Part shown: piece by piece, positions 18,903 to 29,423 of the stretch
Layout: each line of letters starts with the position of its first letter
How positions within the stretch are numbered: position 1 is the first letter of the stretch
Program-made: the position numbers and the translations under genes
Source: Candidatus Poribacteria bacterium
GTDB lineage: Bacteria; Poribacteria; WGA-4E; WGA-3G
Assembly: GCA_964291315.2 (NCBI GenBank)
Contig: OZ219753.1
Span: 1,920,001-1,984,000 of the forward strand
Reading direction: 5' to 3'
Length of the DNA stretch: 64,000 nt
The notes under the pieces: model-generated
Seen by the model: only the letters and a program-made list of their open reading frames with translations
The model's database searches: none
What the model was told of the DNA's origin: nothing

Positions 18903-20700
18903 GCTACCCCGCGCTTTTGTAGCACACATCAGCAGTTTGCGCCGTACCACGCTGAAATGCACCAGGAAATCACCCAAAAAAACGCCTAAACCAACCTGGG
19001 CACTCCTTCTCTTCCTAACACTCCCCTTTTTGGCAGCTGCCCAACAGATGCAAAACACAGTAGCAGCGCAACCCACTGTCAATATCGCAGCCGTCATCAA
19101 ACCGCGCCACATCCAATTCGGAGAAAAGGCGCGCTTGGAACTCACAATCTCCGGGAATACCCATATCCAACACATCAAAACGCCCAAATTCAACTTTTTA
19201 CCCGCGTTCCTCGCAGTCCCAATCCACTCCCAAACCATACCACAACTCGAAGCAGACAAAATCGCCGTCTCCATGGCATGGATCTATGAACTTATCCCAC
19301 AAGCCGTCGGCGACTTCGCCCTCTCCGACATCCGTTTCGCCTATCAAGACAATCTCTATTTCGCCAACCCAGGTTCAATCCGTGTCACCGGCGCTGACAC
19401 CTACCACGAAGCCTCAACCGGCGGCGTTCACCGCATCGAAGTCCAAGTCGATACCGAAAAACCGTACCTCAACGCCCCCTTTAACTATACCTTCCGCTAC
19501 CTCTACACCACCGTACTCCCCACTCGCGACACACTAACCCCGCGACTGCCAACGTTTCACAACTGCTCCCTCGGGAAATCGCAAAAACCACCCTTATATA
19601 CACGCAACGTTCGCGGGAAAACATTTTGGGTCAACGAACAAACACACACCTTATATCCACAGAAAACCGGACTGATAAACCTTCAACCCGCCGAACTGCT
19701 ATTGCCGCTACCGCAAGCACACAAAATCTTGAAAACCGAACCCTTGACGCTGAACGTGCAACCCATACCGGAAACAGGCAGACCCGCAAACTTCAACGGC
19801 GCCATCGGCGAATACCAAATCTCAGCCCAACTGGAACGCGGACGAATAGAAATCGGACACGCACTCACGCTCACAGTGCATATTGCCGGACGCGGCAACA
19901 TGCAGACAGTCACACCCCCTGAATTGCCAACACTCCCCGGAATCAATGTAAGCGGACCCAATTCCCAAACCGCCGATACATCTGATCTCACGCCTACAAG
20001 CCGAAACTACGTCTATACGCTAACACCAAAACGAATTGGAACACTGCGGATCCCGCCAATTCTCTATAGCTACTTCGATCCGAACCGCGCAACGTATGCA
20101 ACCACGCAGACTGCCGAGATCCCCCTCTCTGTCTATACCGATCCGACGCGTGTGGATCCGAATACCATCGAAAACGACGGGAGAGCTTGGAAAGTCTGGA
20201 TCGTCATCTTAATCGCGAGCGCCCTCTTAATCGCACTGCTTGTCGGATTCCTCCGATATCGTTCGAACTTGAAAATATTTTCAAGACGGGTTGCAAGCCA
20301 CCTGATTGGAAAGACTCCATCCGACCCCGATAAAACGACAGAGATGGAAACCGACACACCAGCAGCACAAGCACAACAGACAATCGCCGCTCTCGCTTCT
20401 ACCAACACCACCACACGCGAAGCAGCTGCGTTCACACATACGCTCACACAAACGCTCTATCGCTACTTAGAAAGCACACTGCCACTCTCACAACCCAATA
20501 TAGAGACCCTTCAACAGATAGGCACACACGCACACGTTGCCAACGATGTCCTAGAGGAATTGGTCGATCTCTTAAAGAAGTGTGACTACTATCGATTTGC
20601 CCCTGTACCGCTCAGTAACTACGAACGGGATACCCTCATCACTCGCGCTCAAGCCATCATCGACCATATTGAAAACCGCCAAAACGCTCATAGCAAGTGA
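18829..20700 (+). CDS. BatD-family protein (true start probably downstream)
   Basis: FNGAIGEY, AGRGN, YSYFDP motifs, a C-terminal TM helix, and position directly after the BatC-like gene. Confidence 0.7.
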   Translation: MKIDYGKNYYTNRAKVGLGVKKIGKLPRAFVAHISSLRRTTLKCTRKSPKKTPKPTWALLLFLTLPFLAAAQQMQNTVAAQPTVNIAAVIKPRHIQFGEKARLELTISGNTHIQHIKTPKFNFLPAFLAVPIHSQTIPQLEADKIAVSMAWIYELIPQAVGDFALSDIRFAYQDNLYFANPGSIRVTGADTYHEASTGGVHRIEVQVDTEKPYLNAPFNYTFRYLYTTVLPTRDTLTPRLPTFHNCSLGKSQKPPLYTRNVRGKTFWVNEQTHTLYPQKTGLINLQPAELLLPLPQAHKILKTEPLTLNVQPIPETGRPANFNGAIGEYQISAQLERGRIEIGHALTLTVHIAGRGNMQTVTPPELPTLPGINVSGPNSQTADTSDLTPTSRNYVYTLTPKRIGTLRIPPILYSYFDPNRATYATTQTAEIPLSVYTDPTRVDPNTIENDGRAWKVWIVILIASALLIALLVGFLRYRSNLKIFSRRVASHLIGKTPSDPDKTTEMETDTPAAQAQQTIAALASTNTTTREAAAFTHTLTQTLYRYLESTLPLSQPNIETLQQIGTHAHVANDVLEELVDLLKKCDYYRFAPVPLSNYERDTLITRAQAIIDHIENRQNAHSK

Positions 20701-20786
20701 GCAGATACTAAAATCAGCAGTTAGAATCAAATCTGCACTATAGCAACTCTTAACACTTTGACAACACCCGAAAGGAGTCATGAAAA

Positions 20787-21293
20787 ATGGAAATACTCTC
20801 ACTTTTTGTTCTCTGGTTGCACGTCATCGCTGCCGTTACCTGGATCGGCGGCAACCTCATCTTAGCCACAGTAATTGTGCCACACTTCAGGCAGAACCTA
20901 CCGCCTGTCCAACGCATCCAACTGCTAACACAGATAGGCAAACGTTTTGAACCCATCGTGTGGGGCTGTGTCGGTATCCTGTTTTTTACCGGTATTGTTA
21001 ACATCTTCTCTGCTGTAGACCTCACCTCTCCCGATGCACTCTCAGGCGCGTTTATGCGGACACTGCTTATCAAGCTCGGACTCTTCTTCCTGCTGGTTAT
21101 CCTTACAGCACTACACGGCATGCTCTTCGCACCGCAACTGTCCGCTGCAATTGAGAACTTGGACCCAGACGCAGAGGAGCTACCGCCCGAACTTAAACCC
21201 CTCCGGGCGCGAATGGCAATAGTATCCAGTCTGATGGGCGGCGTCTCCCTACTCGTCTTGCTCGCCGCAGTCGCCCTCCGCATGGGAATCTGA
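20787..21293 (+). CDS. CopD/DUF4149-like membrane protein
   Basis: WLHVIAAVTWIGG and about four TM helices. Confidence 0.65.
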   Translation: MEILSLFVLWLHVIAAVTWIGGNLILATVIVPHFRQNLPPVQRIQLLTQIGKRFEPIVWGCVGILFFTGIVNIFSAVDLTSPDALSGAFMRTLLIKLGLFFLLVILTALHGMLFAPQLSAAIENLDPDAEELPPELKPLRARMAIVSSLMGGVSLLVLLAAVALRMGI

Positions 21294-21382
21294 GCTATAC
21301 CGATCAGCTATCAACAACCCGTAATTCACACTTGCCGCAGGCGAGGTCTACCTCCCTCGCCTGCTAACTTGGAGATAACCTG

Positions 21383-22135
21383 ATGCGAATCAAAATCCTC
21401 GCTGATGTTAAAGGCGGACTCACGCTCCCGATCAACTACAACCACACCCTCACCGGCGTTATCTACCATTACCTTGCCGAATCCGACCCAAAATACGCCA
21501 ATTTCCTACACAAGAAGGGTTACGTCAACGAGCGCAAACAGTTCAAACTCTTCACCTTTTCGCAGCTCATGGCGGAACACAGAAGCCTCATCGGCGACCG
21601 AATCCACTTCGGCTCAACCTTAACCTGGTACGTCTCCTCTCCGGTAGAGACCTTCCTACACCACTTCGCCAATACGCTGCTAACGGGGGGCACCTTGAAC
21701 CTAGGAGAACACCGGCTGCCAATCAAAAATGTTAATGTGCCTCGTACACCGCGCTTCCAACCACAGATGCGTTTTCGGTGCCTCTCCCCGATGGTAATGA
21801 CCACCGTGCGTGAGCGAGCCGGAAAACGAGTCATGCACTACTGCCTCCCGGACGACCCCGCATTCTCCGATCTCGTCCGTCAAAACCTAATTCGCAAGCA
21901 TGAGGTCATCCACGGCCGTCACCCAACCGATGCGACCTTCACCCTCGAATTCGACAAGAATTACATCGCTAGAAGACACGGGCGCGTCACACGTCTCGTA
22001 GACTACAAAGGTGTCAAAATCCGGGGGATCTTATGTCCACTGACTATTTCTGGCAGTAGGGCATTGATTCAAACCGGCTACGAGTGCGGCTTCGGCGACA
22101 AGAACAGCGCCGGCTTCGGCATGGTAGAAGTCTAA
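21383..22135 (+). CDS. cas6: CRISPR endoribonuclease Cas6
   Basis: FKLFTFS and C-terminal Gly-loop GFGDKNSAGFG. Confidence 0.93.
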   Translation: MRIKILADVKGGLTLPINYNHTLTGVIYHYLAESDPKYANFLHKKGYVNERKQFKLFTFSQLMAEHRSLIGDRIHFGSTLTWYVSSPVETFLHHFANTLLTGGTLNLGEHRLPIKNVNVPRTPRFQPQMRFRCLSPMVMTTVRERAGKRVMHYCLPDDPAFSDLVRQNLIRKHEVIHGRHPTDATFTLEFDKNYIARRHGRVTRLVDYKGVKIRGILCPLTISGSRALIQTGYECGFGDKNSAGFGMVEV

Positions 22136-22147
22136 ACAAATTTTAAT

Positions 22148-22176
22148 TTGTATTAAATGGGTAAAGGTTGTATAAT
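22148..22176 (+). promoter_or_regulatory. Sigma70-like promoter for the cas8 operon
   Basis: TTGTAT-17bp-TATAAT, then AGGAGG RBS. Confidence 0.55.
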
Positions 22177-22211
22177 ACATATGTTACATTTTTGAAAGGA
22201 GGTTAGGCTTC

Positions 22212-23624
22212 ATGCCAATCTATGAAAAACTAATGGGAAATCCATTTGTTGATGCCGGGGTATCTGGTATCTGTGAATGGTTGGGACGCAGTGTCCAACC
22301 GGAACAGATTACTGAAAAGGATCTTGGGAAAATTGTCGACGAATTCCTTCCTATGGCGACAAACTGGGAAAAGTGGACTTCAATTTTCACAATAAACCAT
22401 CCATTGACAAACGGTAGAAAGAGCGAGCGTGTGCCACAGTTCAAGAGAAGACTACTTGGATACATTGACCAAACTATAGAGCTCGGAAAAGTTGGGGATT
22501 GTATGGGATGTGGTAGACGTGATGTAGGTGAAACACCTTTACTTGACAGAACAGGAGCTCCTTTAACAGGCGGGAAGAATAGTAACTTTTTCCCGATCTT
22601 TTCAGAGGGAGCCGGTTATTGCGCCGCTTGCAGCTTTGCGATCCAGTTCTTACCTCTTTCCTTAGTTGCGACTGGTAGTAGTGGTGGCAGATTCCTAATG
22701 CTTCACTCCCAGTCTTGGGAACTTATGCAGGTTTGGACAATATGTTGTCTCAAAGGTTTTCGACAACAATACACTCAACAAAAATTGAGCAGCTGTTTTA
22801 AGCCTAATTATGAAAATTCTCGCAACGGTCTGTTTTACATGGTACGAGAGATGATTATCGAACTTGAGGAAAGGCAGCTCGATGACGAAATCGATAAAGA
22901 TGTATCCATGGAGGTCTATTCCTTTACAAATAACAATCAGTACCCTGGTATCGATATTTTTTATATCCCATCTTCAGTCTTTAAATTTCTGTGTCAGGCT
23001 GAACAGAATCCCTATAAAGAGGACTGGCACAGAATTGTCAAAATCGGTTATGGAAAAGGGAGACCTGAAAAACACTACCAGAAAACAAGAAACCTTGTAT
23101 ATGAGTATTTATTAGAAGACAGATCTATTCGTGGTTTTTTTCTCAATCGACGAGAACAAAAATCACGCGGAAATTGGAAATTGCTCTCTCTTTACTTAAT
23201 GGAGGTAAGAAAAATGAAGCCAGCACGGATTGAGAAAATCAAGCAGGTCGGCGATTTAATTGCAGAAAGTATCCGTAAATCTGAAAAACGCGGCAAAACG
23301 AGACTTGGGAATCTTGCAGACGCCGAAACGTACGCCGACTGCCGCAAAGCTTTATTACGCATCGTTGAAGATAGAATTCGGCAAAAAGAAGCTGAACCCT
23401 TATTTTCATTCGATGATTGTGTCGAACATATTTTCATTTCAGACGATGATATTGTAACTTGGAGCGACGAATTGGATGATGGTGAACTAGATGATGAACA
23501 AAAAGAACAGTTCATGCATGCTGTGAGCGATAACGTCACGTTTTGGCGTGAGACTCGCGACCTATTACTCTTTCGGATTTATGAAAAACTTCACAACTGG
23601 TTAACTGAACAGGAGGAAGATTAA
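22212..23624 (+). CDS. cas8b1: Type I-B large subunit Cas8b1/Cst1 (CxxC-CxxC)
   Basis: GNPFVDAG, CMGC...CAAC zinc motif, position between cas6 and cas7. Confidence 0.8.
   Translation: MPIYEKLMGNPFVDAGVSGICEWLGRSVQPEQITEKDLGKIVDEFLPMATNWEKWTSIFTINHPLTNGRKSERVPQFKRRLLGYIDQTIELGKVGDCMGCGRRDVGETPLLDRTGAPLTGGKNSNFFPIFSEGAGYCAACSFAIQFLPLSLVATGSSGGRFLMLHSQSWELMQVWTICCLKGFRQQYTQQKLSSCFKPNYENSRNGLFYMVREMIIELEERQLDDEIDKDVSMEVYSFTNNNQYPGIDIFYIPSSVFKFLCQAEQNPYKEDWHRIVKIGYGKGRPEKHYQKTRNLVYEYLLEDRSIRGFFLNRREQKSRGNWKLLSLYLMEVRKMKPARIEKIKQVGDLIAESIRKSEKRGKTRLGNLADAETYADCRKALLRIVEDRIRQKEAEPLFSFDDCVEHIFISDDDIVTWSDELDDGELDDEQKEQFMHAVSDNVTFWRETRDLLLFRIYEKLHNWLTEQEED
23214..23624 (+). CDS. cas11: Putative internally translated small subunit Cas11 (in frame within cas8)
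   Basis: GGAGGT at 23201-23206 lies 7 nt before an in-frame ATG (MKPARIEKIKQVG..), giving a 136-aa helical product. Confidence 0.6.
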   Translation: MKPARIEKIKQVGDLIAESIRKSEKRGKTRLGNLADAETYADCRKALLRIVEDRIRQKEAEPLFSFDDCVEHIFISDDDIVTWSDELDDGELDDEQKEQFMHAVSDNVTFWRETRDLLLFRIYEKLHNWLTEQEED

Positions 23625-23626
23625 CC

Positions 23627-24652
23627 ATGTCTAAGCACCTTATTGGATTAACCCTAATTGATGCGCCTTATTCCGCGTTGAACAATGATGAAGAACCAAG
23701 GAATAGCCGGTATGATAATCAAGTTGTTGTCAAAACCCTTAAGAAAGGACGTAGGCTAGGTATCTATCCCTATGTTTCCGGGCAAGCATGGCGGAACTGG
23801 TGGCGGACCACACTTGTGCATGAGTTTGACAATTGGAATAATTCACCGATTGAGCGCGCAGACAAAGTTGCCTATACTAAGGCTGATCCCGTAACATATG
23901 ATGACGACGATGTGTTTGGGTATATGCGGGCGGAAAAAAGAGAGGACACTGATGTGACAGTAACTCGTTTATCGCCCCTTAAATGTTCCCCCCTTATCTC
24001 CATTTCTCCACAAATTCCAACGAATGATTTTGGAGTCATGGCCCGCCAAGACGGTGATCCTGTACCTTATAAACACCAATTTTACTCTTGTGTTTTACAA
24101 GGCATCTTTTCCTTAAATCTCGACGCAGTTGGTGTGTTCTCAGCTATAAACAGAACAGGCTATAAAAATATTCTCCACAGCTATATTCCAACTATTGAAG
24201 CCGCGCATGGAACAAGAGAGAATGAAAATTCCCCGTGGGTTCTCCCCAAAGAAACTCGCGTTCGGCGTTGTAGACAAACCCTCGAAGCACTTCCTATCCT
24301 TACGGGAGGGGCTAACCTGACTTCACACCTCACTGACGTTACACCGAAATTGATCATTCTATCGGTGCTTAACGGCGGCAACCACCCCTTCATGAACCTG
24401 GTTGTCGAACGAGACGGAGCAGGACAACTCAGTCTTGAGGCACTCCGCGAGGTCGTTAACGATTATGCCGACCGCTTCTGTGATGCAATTTACATCGGCA
24501 GACGCACCGGATTTATGGATGAACGCCATACCGATCTGACTGAATTCGCAAATGACACAGCTCTCCCCTGCGATGTGGTTTACGATACGCCCAACAATGT
24601 CATCGCCCAACTTTCACAAACGCTAGAGAACCACATCGGAGATTCGCCATGA
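23627..24652 (+). CDS. cas7: Type I-B Cas7/Cst2/DevR
   Basis: YPYVSGQAWRNWWR, DDDVFGYM, TRLSPL. Confidence 0.9.
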   Translation: MSKHLIGLTLIDAPYSALNNDEEPRNSRYDNQVVVKTLKKGRRLGIYPYVSGQAWRNWWRTTLVHEFDNWNNSPIERADKVAYTKADPVTYDDDDVFGYMRAEKREDTDVTVTRLSPLKCSPLISISPQIPTNDFGVMARQDGDPVPYKHQFYSCVLQGIFSLNLDAVGVFSAINRTGYKNILHSYIPTIEAAHGTRENENSPWVLPKETRVRRCRQTLEALPILTGGANLTSHLTDVTPKLIILSVLNGGNHPFMNLVVERDGAGQLSLEALREVVNDYADRFCDAIYIGRRTGFMDERHTDLTEFANDTALPCDVVYDTPNNVIAQLSQTLENHIGDSP

Positions 24653-25443
24653 AAGTAATTCGGGTTCATCTCACCGGTTGGGTCGCGTCTTTTCGGAATC
24701 CGCTATTTATTAGCGGATTCCAACCGACGCTCCCTTTACCGCCACTCTCGACACTCTATGGATTGCTTACCGCTGCAAAAGGGGACTGGATTACACCACA
24801 TGATGCCAAAATCGGGTTTGTCTTCCAAAGCAACGGGAAAGGGGTTGACCTAGAAACTGTCTACGAGTTTGACCAAACTTTGAGCCCAAAATCTAGGATA
24901 AACCAGCAGCAATCTGGCTCCGGGTCTTCAAGAACGTTCTACTCAATGTCTATGAAACCTAACATAAAAAAACGTGAATTTCTTGTCGATCCCCAACTTT
25001 ATCTCTATAGCCCAGAAATGTGGTTACAAGAAGCATTTGAAAGACCATACTATCCCATACTATTAGGACGATCCTCTGATCTGGCAACTGTGAAATCCAT
25101 AGAGAAAATTGAGTTGGAAAGCAGAACGGAAACAACTTATCGAGACACAATAGTACCCTTTCCTGATCCGCAACTTTATGGACAAATGCTGGCACTCCCT
25201 ACGCACTTCACATCAGAGATACCTCGTAGACCCTGCGGCACCCGCCCTTACTACCTCATAACGGAACCGATTCCGTACACCGGTAATGTATTACATGACC
25301 CTGACATGAATTGGGGAGTCTATCTGCACCAACGCATTCCAGGGGAGTTTGTGATCCCAACTCTTCCAACGAGGAGACCTGTTGACAAAAACCATTCAGT
25401 TCCCGACCTGAACGGAGAACAGATGCCGCTCTTTGACTACTAA
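24649..25443 (+). CDS. cas5: Type I-B Cas5
   Basis: ASFRNP..QPTLPLPPLSTLYGLL and ILLGRSSDLA. Confidence 0.9.
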   Translation: MKVIRVHLTGWVASFRNPLFISGFQPTLPLPPLSTLYGLLTAAKGDWITPHDAKIGFVFQSNGKGVDLETVYEFDQTLSPKSRINQQQSGSGSSRTFYSMSMKPNIKKREFLVDPQLYLYSPEMWLQEAFERPYYPILLGRSSDLATVKSIEKIELESRTETTYRDTIVPFPDPQLYGQMLALPTHFTSEIPRRPCGTRPYYLITEPIPYTGNVLHDPDMNWGVYLHQRIPGEFVIPTLPTRRPVDKNHSVPDLNGEQMPLFDY

Positions 25444-25461
25444 TCAATTGGAGGAACTTGC

Positions 25462-27714
25462 ATGTCCATGCTATTGGCAAAGAGTCTTCCCAAAGTGGAA
25501 ACTCTTCACGAACACACAGAGAATTGCCTTGACATATACAACAGCCTCAAAGAACGAATGCCGTTCTTAGCTGAAATTGCAAAAAACCCTGATTTCTTTA
25601 ATCACCTCTTTTATGCCGTTGCACTACACGATTTCGGAAAAGCAGCGACGGGATTTCAAAAGCAACTTACCCATCGTAAGCAATGGAACTACCGCCACGA
25701 GATTCTCTCCGCTGGGTTTGTTGCGGGGCTTCAACTCCACAAATCAGAAAAAGAGGCAATCGGACTTGTCATTTTAACGCATCATAAAGACGTTGATACC
25801 CTCAGACATACCTACCGCCATTATCCTGAGAATATTGAAGGATTTCAAATCTGGCAAGAGAAAATCGAAGAATTAGAAGAACATTGGGAACAGTTAATGA
25901 TAATTCAGAAACAAGTGACTATTTGGTGCCCCATGGAAGAATGTTTATGGACCCCAGTCGCTTCAACTGACCAACTTGTTAACGGTTACCAACATTTTCT
26001 ACTGCCTTATCGTAAGGATAAAAGAAAGACTGAAAGAACCGGTGAAAGGACTTCTTTACACAGCACATACGGCATGCTCCTCCGCGGATGCATGATCGCC
26101 TGTGACCATCTCGCTTCAGCCGGAAAAAACGAAATCCATACCGCACTCGACAACATGGAAGCAAACCTTATACAACACCTCGAAAATAGAATGACAGAAA
26201 GAGGACAACACTTTCAGGACTGGGAGGACTTTCAAAAAACCGCCAGCCAAACAACCACACAACTCATGCTCTCCGCACCAACAGGATCCGGCAAAACCGA
26301 AGCCGCACTCCTCTGGTCACATAAAAACCAGTCTGAAACACTCGGCAACCGTGTTTTCTATGTTTTACCCTACACCGCAAGCATCAATGCCATGTATAAG
26401 CGCATAAAAGAAATTGTATCTGACGAAAAAATCGGTATGCTGCACGGCAAAGCCTCCTACTTCGTTTATCAGCAGCTCGCTGACAAAAGTTGTAACTACC
26501 GAGAAGTCGCAGCCGAAGTCCGAACGCAGCAGAACCTGACCAAAAAAATCTGTCGCCCTTACAAGGTCCTAACCCCCTTTCAGCTCCTGAAAGCCTTCTT
26601 CGGGATCCGCGGCTTCGAAATGCAAATGGCAGAAATGTCTAAAGGGCTCTTTATCTTTGATGAAATCCACGCTTACGACCCGCACACAACCGCCCTCATC
26701 TTAACAATGATGAAGAGACTCAAGAATGACTACGGCGCAAAATTCTGCATCATGACCGCTACAATGCCACACTTCCTCAAACAGAAAATTAGCGAAGTAC
26801 TTGGCGAACCTACACAAATTGAAATGGCAGCCGAAGAACGCGATAAATTTACACGCCACCGGGTGCAATTAATAGATGGAAACATCCAAACTACAACTCC
26901 CTTGATTCGAGAACGCCTCACACAAGGAAATACGGTATTGGTCGTTTGCAATACTGTCCGCCAAGCTCAAACCATGTTTAAAGAATTGCGGGACGTAAGC
27001 GACAACGCAAAAATACTTCACAGCCGATTTATTCTAAAAGACCGCGAGCGGATTGAAAAAGAACTCGATAACACCAATTTACTGGTAGGAACACAAGCAG
27101 TGGAGGTATCGCTGGATATTGATTTCGACTGCCTCTTTTCCGAACCCGCACCCATCGATGCCCTCATCCAACGTTTCGGTCGAATCAACAGAAAACGCCA
27201 AAAAGGAATCTGTGATGTCTACATCTGCAAAAACGGAGGCGAAAACGATCACTTCATCTATTCCACACAAAGAATTCAACGCACCCTAAACGCATTGAGA
27301 ACTGTAGACACCCTGCACGAATCCAAAATTCAGAACCTAATTGATGCTGTCTACTGCAAAGGTTACAATGAAAAGGAACAGGAGAAATATGACAAAGCAG
27401 AACAAGCGTTCGATCACCACCTGAAAAACATTTTTCCCTTTATCGAGGACAAATCCGGACGGGACGAATTTGGGGAACTTTTCAAAAGCATCAGTGTTGT
27501 CCCCTCTATTTTTGAGAACAATTACTTAGCTCATATCACAGCGAAAGAGTATTATGAGGCCATGGCTTATGTGGCACAAATTCACGCCTATCAATTTAAA
27601 CAGCTGCGTCAAGACGGGCAACTCTATGAACTTAAAAAGCAATGGTTCACAAAACTTGACTATGATGAAACACTCGGTCTAATTTTAGAAAAACACAGCA
27701 CAAATATTTTATAG
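25462..27714 (+). CDS. cas3: Cas3 HD nuclease-helicase
   Basis: LHDFGKA HD domain, APTGSGKT, DEIH, QRFGRINR. Confidence 0.95.
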   Translation: MSMLLAKSLPKVETLHEHTENCLDIYNSLKERMPFLAEIAKNPDFFNHLFYAVALHDFGKAATGFQKQLTHRKQWNYRHEILSAGFVAGLQLHKSEKEAIGLVILTHHKDVDTLRHTYRHYPENIEGFQIWQEKIEELEEHWEQLMIIQKQVTIWCPMEECLWTPVASTDQLVNGYQHFLLPYRKDKRKTERTGERTSLHSTYGMLLRGCMIACDHLASAGKNEIHTALDNMEANLIQHLENRMTERGQHFQDWEDFQKTASQTTTQLMLSAPTGSGKTEAALLWSHKNQSETLGNRVFYVLPYTASINAMYKRIKEIVSDEKIGMLHGKASYFVYQQLADKSCNYREVAAEVRTQQNLTKKICRPYKVLTPFQLLKAFFGIRGFEMQMAEMSKGLFIFDEIHAYDPHTTALILTMMKRLKNDYGAKFCIMTATMPHFLKQKISEVLGEPTQIEMAAEERDKFTRHRVQLIDGNIQTTTPLIRERLTQGNTVLVVCNTVRQAQTMFKELRDVSDNAKILHSRFILKDRERIEKELDNTNLLVGTQAVEVSLDIDFDCLFSEPAPIDALIQRFGRINRKRQKGICDVYICKNGGENDHFIYSTQRIQRTLNALRTVDTLHESKIQNLIDAVYCKGYNEKEQEKYDKAEQAFDHHLKNIFPFIEDKSGRDEFGELFKSISVVPSIFENNYLAHITAKEYYEAMAYVAQIHAYQFKQLRQDGQLYELKKQWFTKLDYDETLGLILEKHSTNIL

Positions 27715-27806
27715 GGAATCTTACACTTTGCACCAAACTATAGTGGGTTTTATATGGGACAAACTCATTATTCTGAGGTGTTTTTCTACCCTAAAAGAGG
27801 CACACA

Positions 27807-28316
27807 ATGCAAAACCCAGAATATACCAACATCACCGGCACAGCCATTAACTATCTCTACGTCTGCACACGCAAACTCTGGCTCTATCAACACCATCTTG
27901 AAATGGAGCATACCTCCGAAGCTGTGAACCTCGGACAGCACCTTCACGAACAGAGCTACACCCGTGAAAAACGCAGAGAATGGCGTATCGACGACCTCAT
28001 CCAAATAGACTTTGTCGATAAACACGGCGTCCTTCACGATATCAAGTCCGGCCCAGCGATGGAAACCGCACATATCATGCAGCTCTGTTATTATCTGTAT
28101 CTGCTAAAACAGAAGGGCGTACCCAACCGGAAAGGGGTCATCAACTATCCACGCCAACGCCGCACCACAGAAGTCGAACTCACGCCAGAAAGAGAACAGG
28201 AACTCGAAACCGCCATTGAAAAAGTGAACCACATCGCCACGCTGCCAACACCACCCCATGCCGACTACATGAAAATATGCAAGTCATGTAGTTATCAAGA
28301 GCTCTGTTGGAGCTAA
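27807..28316 (+). CDS. cas4: Cas4 exonuclease
   Basis: CTRKLW, QLCYYL, C-terminal CKSCSYQELC Fe-S cysteines. Confidence 0.93.
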   Translation: MQNPEYTNITGTAINYLYVCTRKLWLYQHHLEMEHTSEAVNLGQHLHEQSYTREKRREWRIDDLIQIDFVDKHGVLHDIKSGPAMETAHIMQLCYYLYLLKQKGVPNRKGVINYPRQRRTTEVELTPEREQELETAIEKVNHIATLPTPPHADYMKICKSCSYQELCWS

Positions 28317-28412
28317 AGCGAATAAACACGCGCGGTGTGCTGCCCGCAATATAAACGCTGGCGCACAACTCTTAGCACTTATTCTTATAGCTATGCATCA
28401 AGGAAACAAATT

Positions 28413-29408
28413 ATGTCACGCAACTACTACATCACTCAACCCGGCAGCTTGCGACGGAAAGATAACACACTTTATCTACAACCAGAGCAGGCTCCTCGTA
28501 TCCCCATTCCCATAGAGGATGTCGACGCACTCTACTTCTACGGGGAACTCGACCTCAACACAAAGCTCCTTAATTTTCTTGCACAGAAGCACGTCGCCTT
28601 TCACGTCTTCAACTACTACGGCTACTATTCCGGCAGTTATTATCCGAGAGAATATCTCAATTCCGGTTCGCTTCTCGTTAAACAGGTGCAGCATTATGAA
28701 AAGAGGACCAAACGCATGTCACTCGCTCACGAGTTTGTCGCCTCCGCGGGATTCAACATGCTGCGAGTCTTGCGCTATCATACCAATCGCGGTAAAGATT
28801 GCAACCCACAAATCCAAACAATAAAAAAAATACTCACAGAAGCCCGCACCGCGAAAAATACCAACGAATTGATGGGATATGAAGGCAGCATCCGAGACCT
28901 CTACTATACCGCTTTCAATACCATCCTTACCTTACAAACACCCTTGCAAACCCGCACACGGCGCCCACCCGATAACCCTATTAACGCCGCAATCTCCTTC
29001 GGCAACTCCCTGATGTACGCCGCCTGTCTAACCGAAATCTATAGAACCCAGCTCAACCCAACCATCAGCTTCCTACACGAACCCGGCGACAGACGATTCT
29101 CCCTCAGCCTCGACCTCGCAGAAATCTTTAAACCCCTGATTGTCGACCGTATCATCTTCCGACTCTTCAACCGAAAACAGCTCAACGAATCAAAACACTT
29201 TCAAACCGAAGTCGGAGCATGCTACCTCAATCAAACCGGACGCAAAGTGTTTATCGCAACATTTGATGAACAGCTCAAGCAGACCATCTCACACCGAAAA
29301 TTGAAACGCCACGTCTCCTATCAACGCCTTATCCGGCTCGAGTGCTATAAACTCATCAAGCACCTCATGGATATAGAGACCTACCAAGCCCTTCGACCGT
29401 GGTGGTAG
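28413..29408 (+). CDS. cas1: Type I-B Cas1
   Basis: LRRKDNTL, YYGYYSGSYYP, NAAISFGN, FSLSLDLAEIFKP, C-terminal WW. Start at MSRNYY. Confidence 0.95.
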   Translation: MSRNYYITQPGSLRRKDNTLYLQPEQAPRIPIPIEDVDALYFYGELDLNTKLLNFLAQKHVAFHVFNYYGYYSGSYYPREYLNSGSLLVKQVQHYEKRTKRMSLAHEFVASAGFNMLRVLRYHTNRGKDCNPQIQTIKKILTEARTAKNTNELMGYEGSIRDLYYTAFNTILTLQTPLQTRTRRPPDNPINAAISFGNSLMYAACLTEIYRTQLNPTISFLHEPGDRRFSLSLDLAEIFKPLIVDRIIFRLFNRKQLNESKHFQTEVGACYLNQTGRKVFIATFDEQLKQTISHRKLKRHVSYQRLIRLECYKLIKHLMDIETYQALRPWW

Positions 29409-29423
29409 AAACAATCCGATGCT

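Noticed and set aside
28335-29408. RT-Cas1 or Cas4-Cas1 fusion
   Set aside because: cas4 has its own stop at 28316, Cas1 is normal length, and no RT motifs are present.
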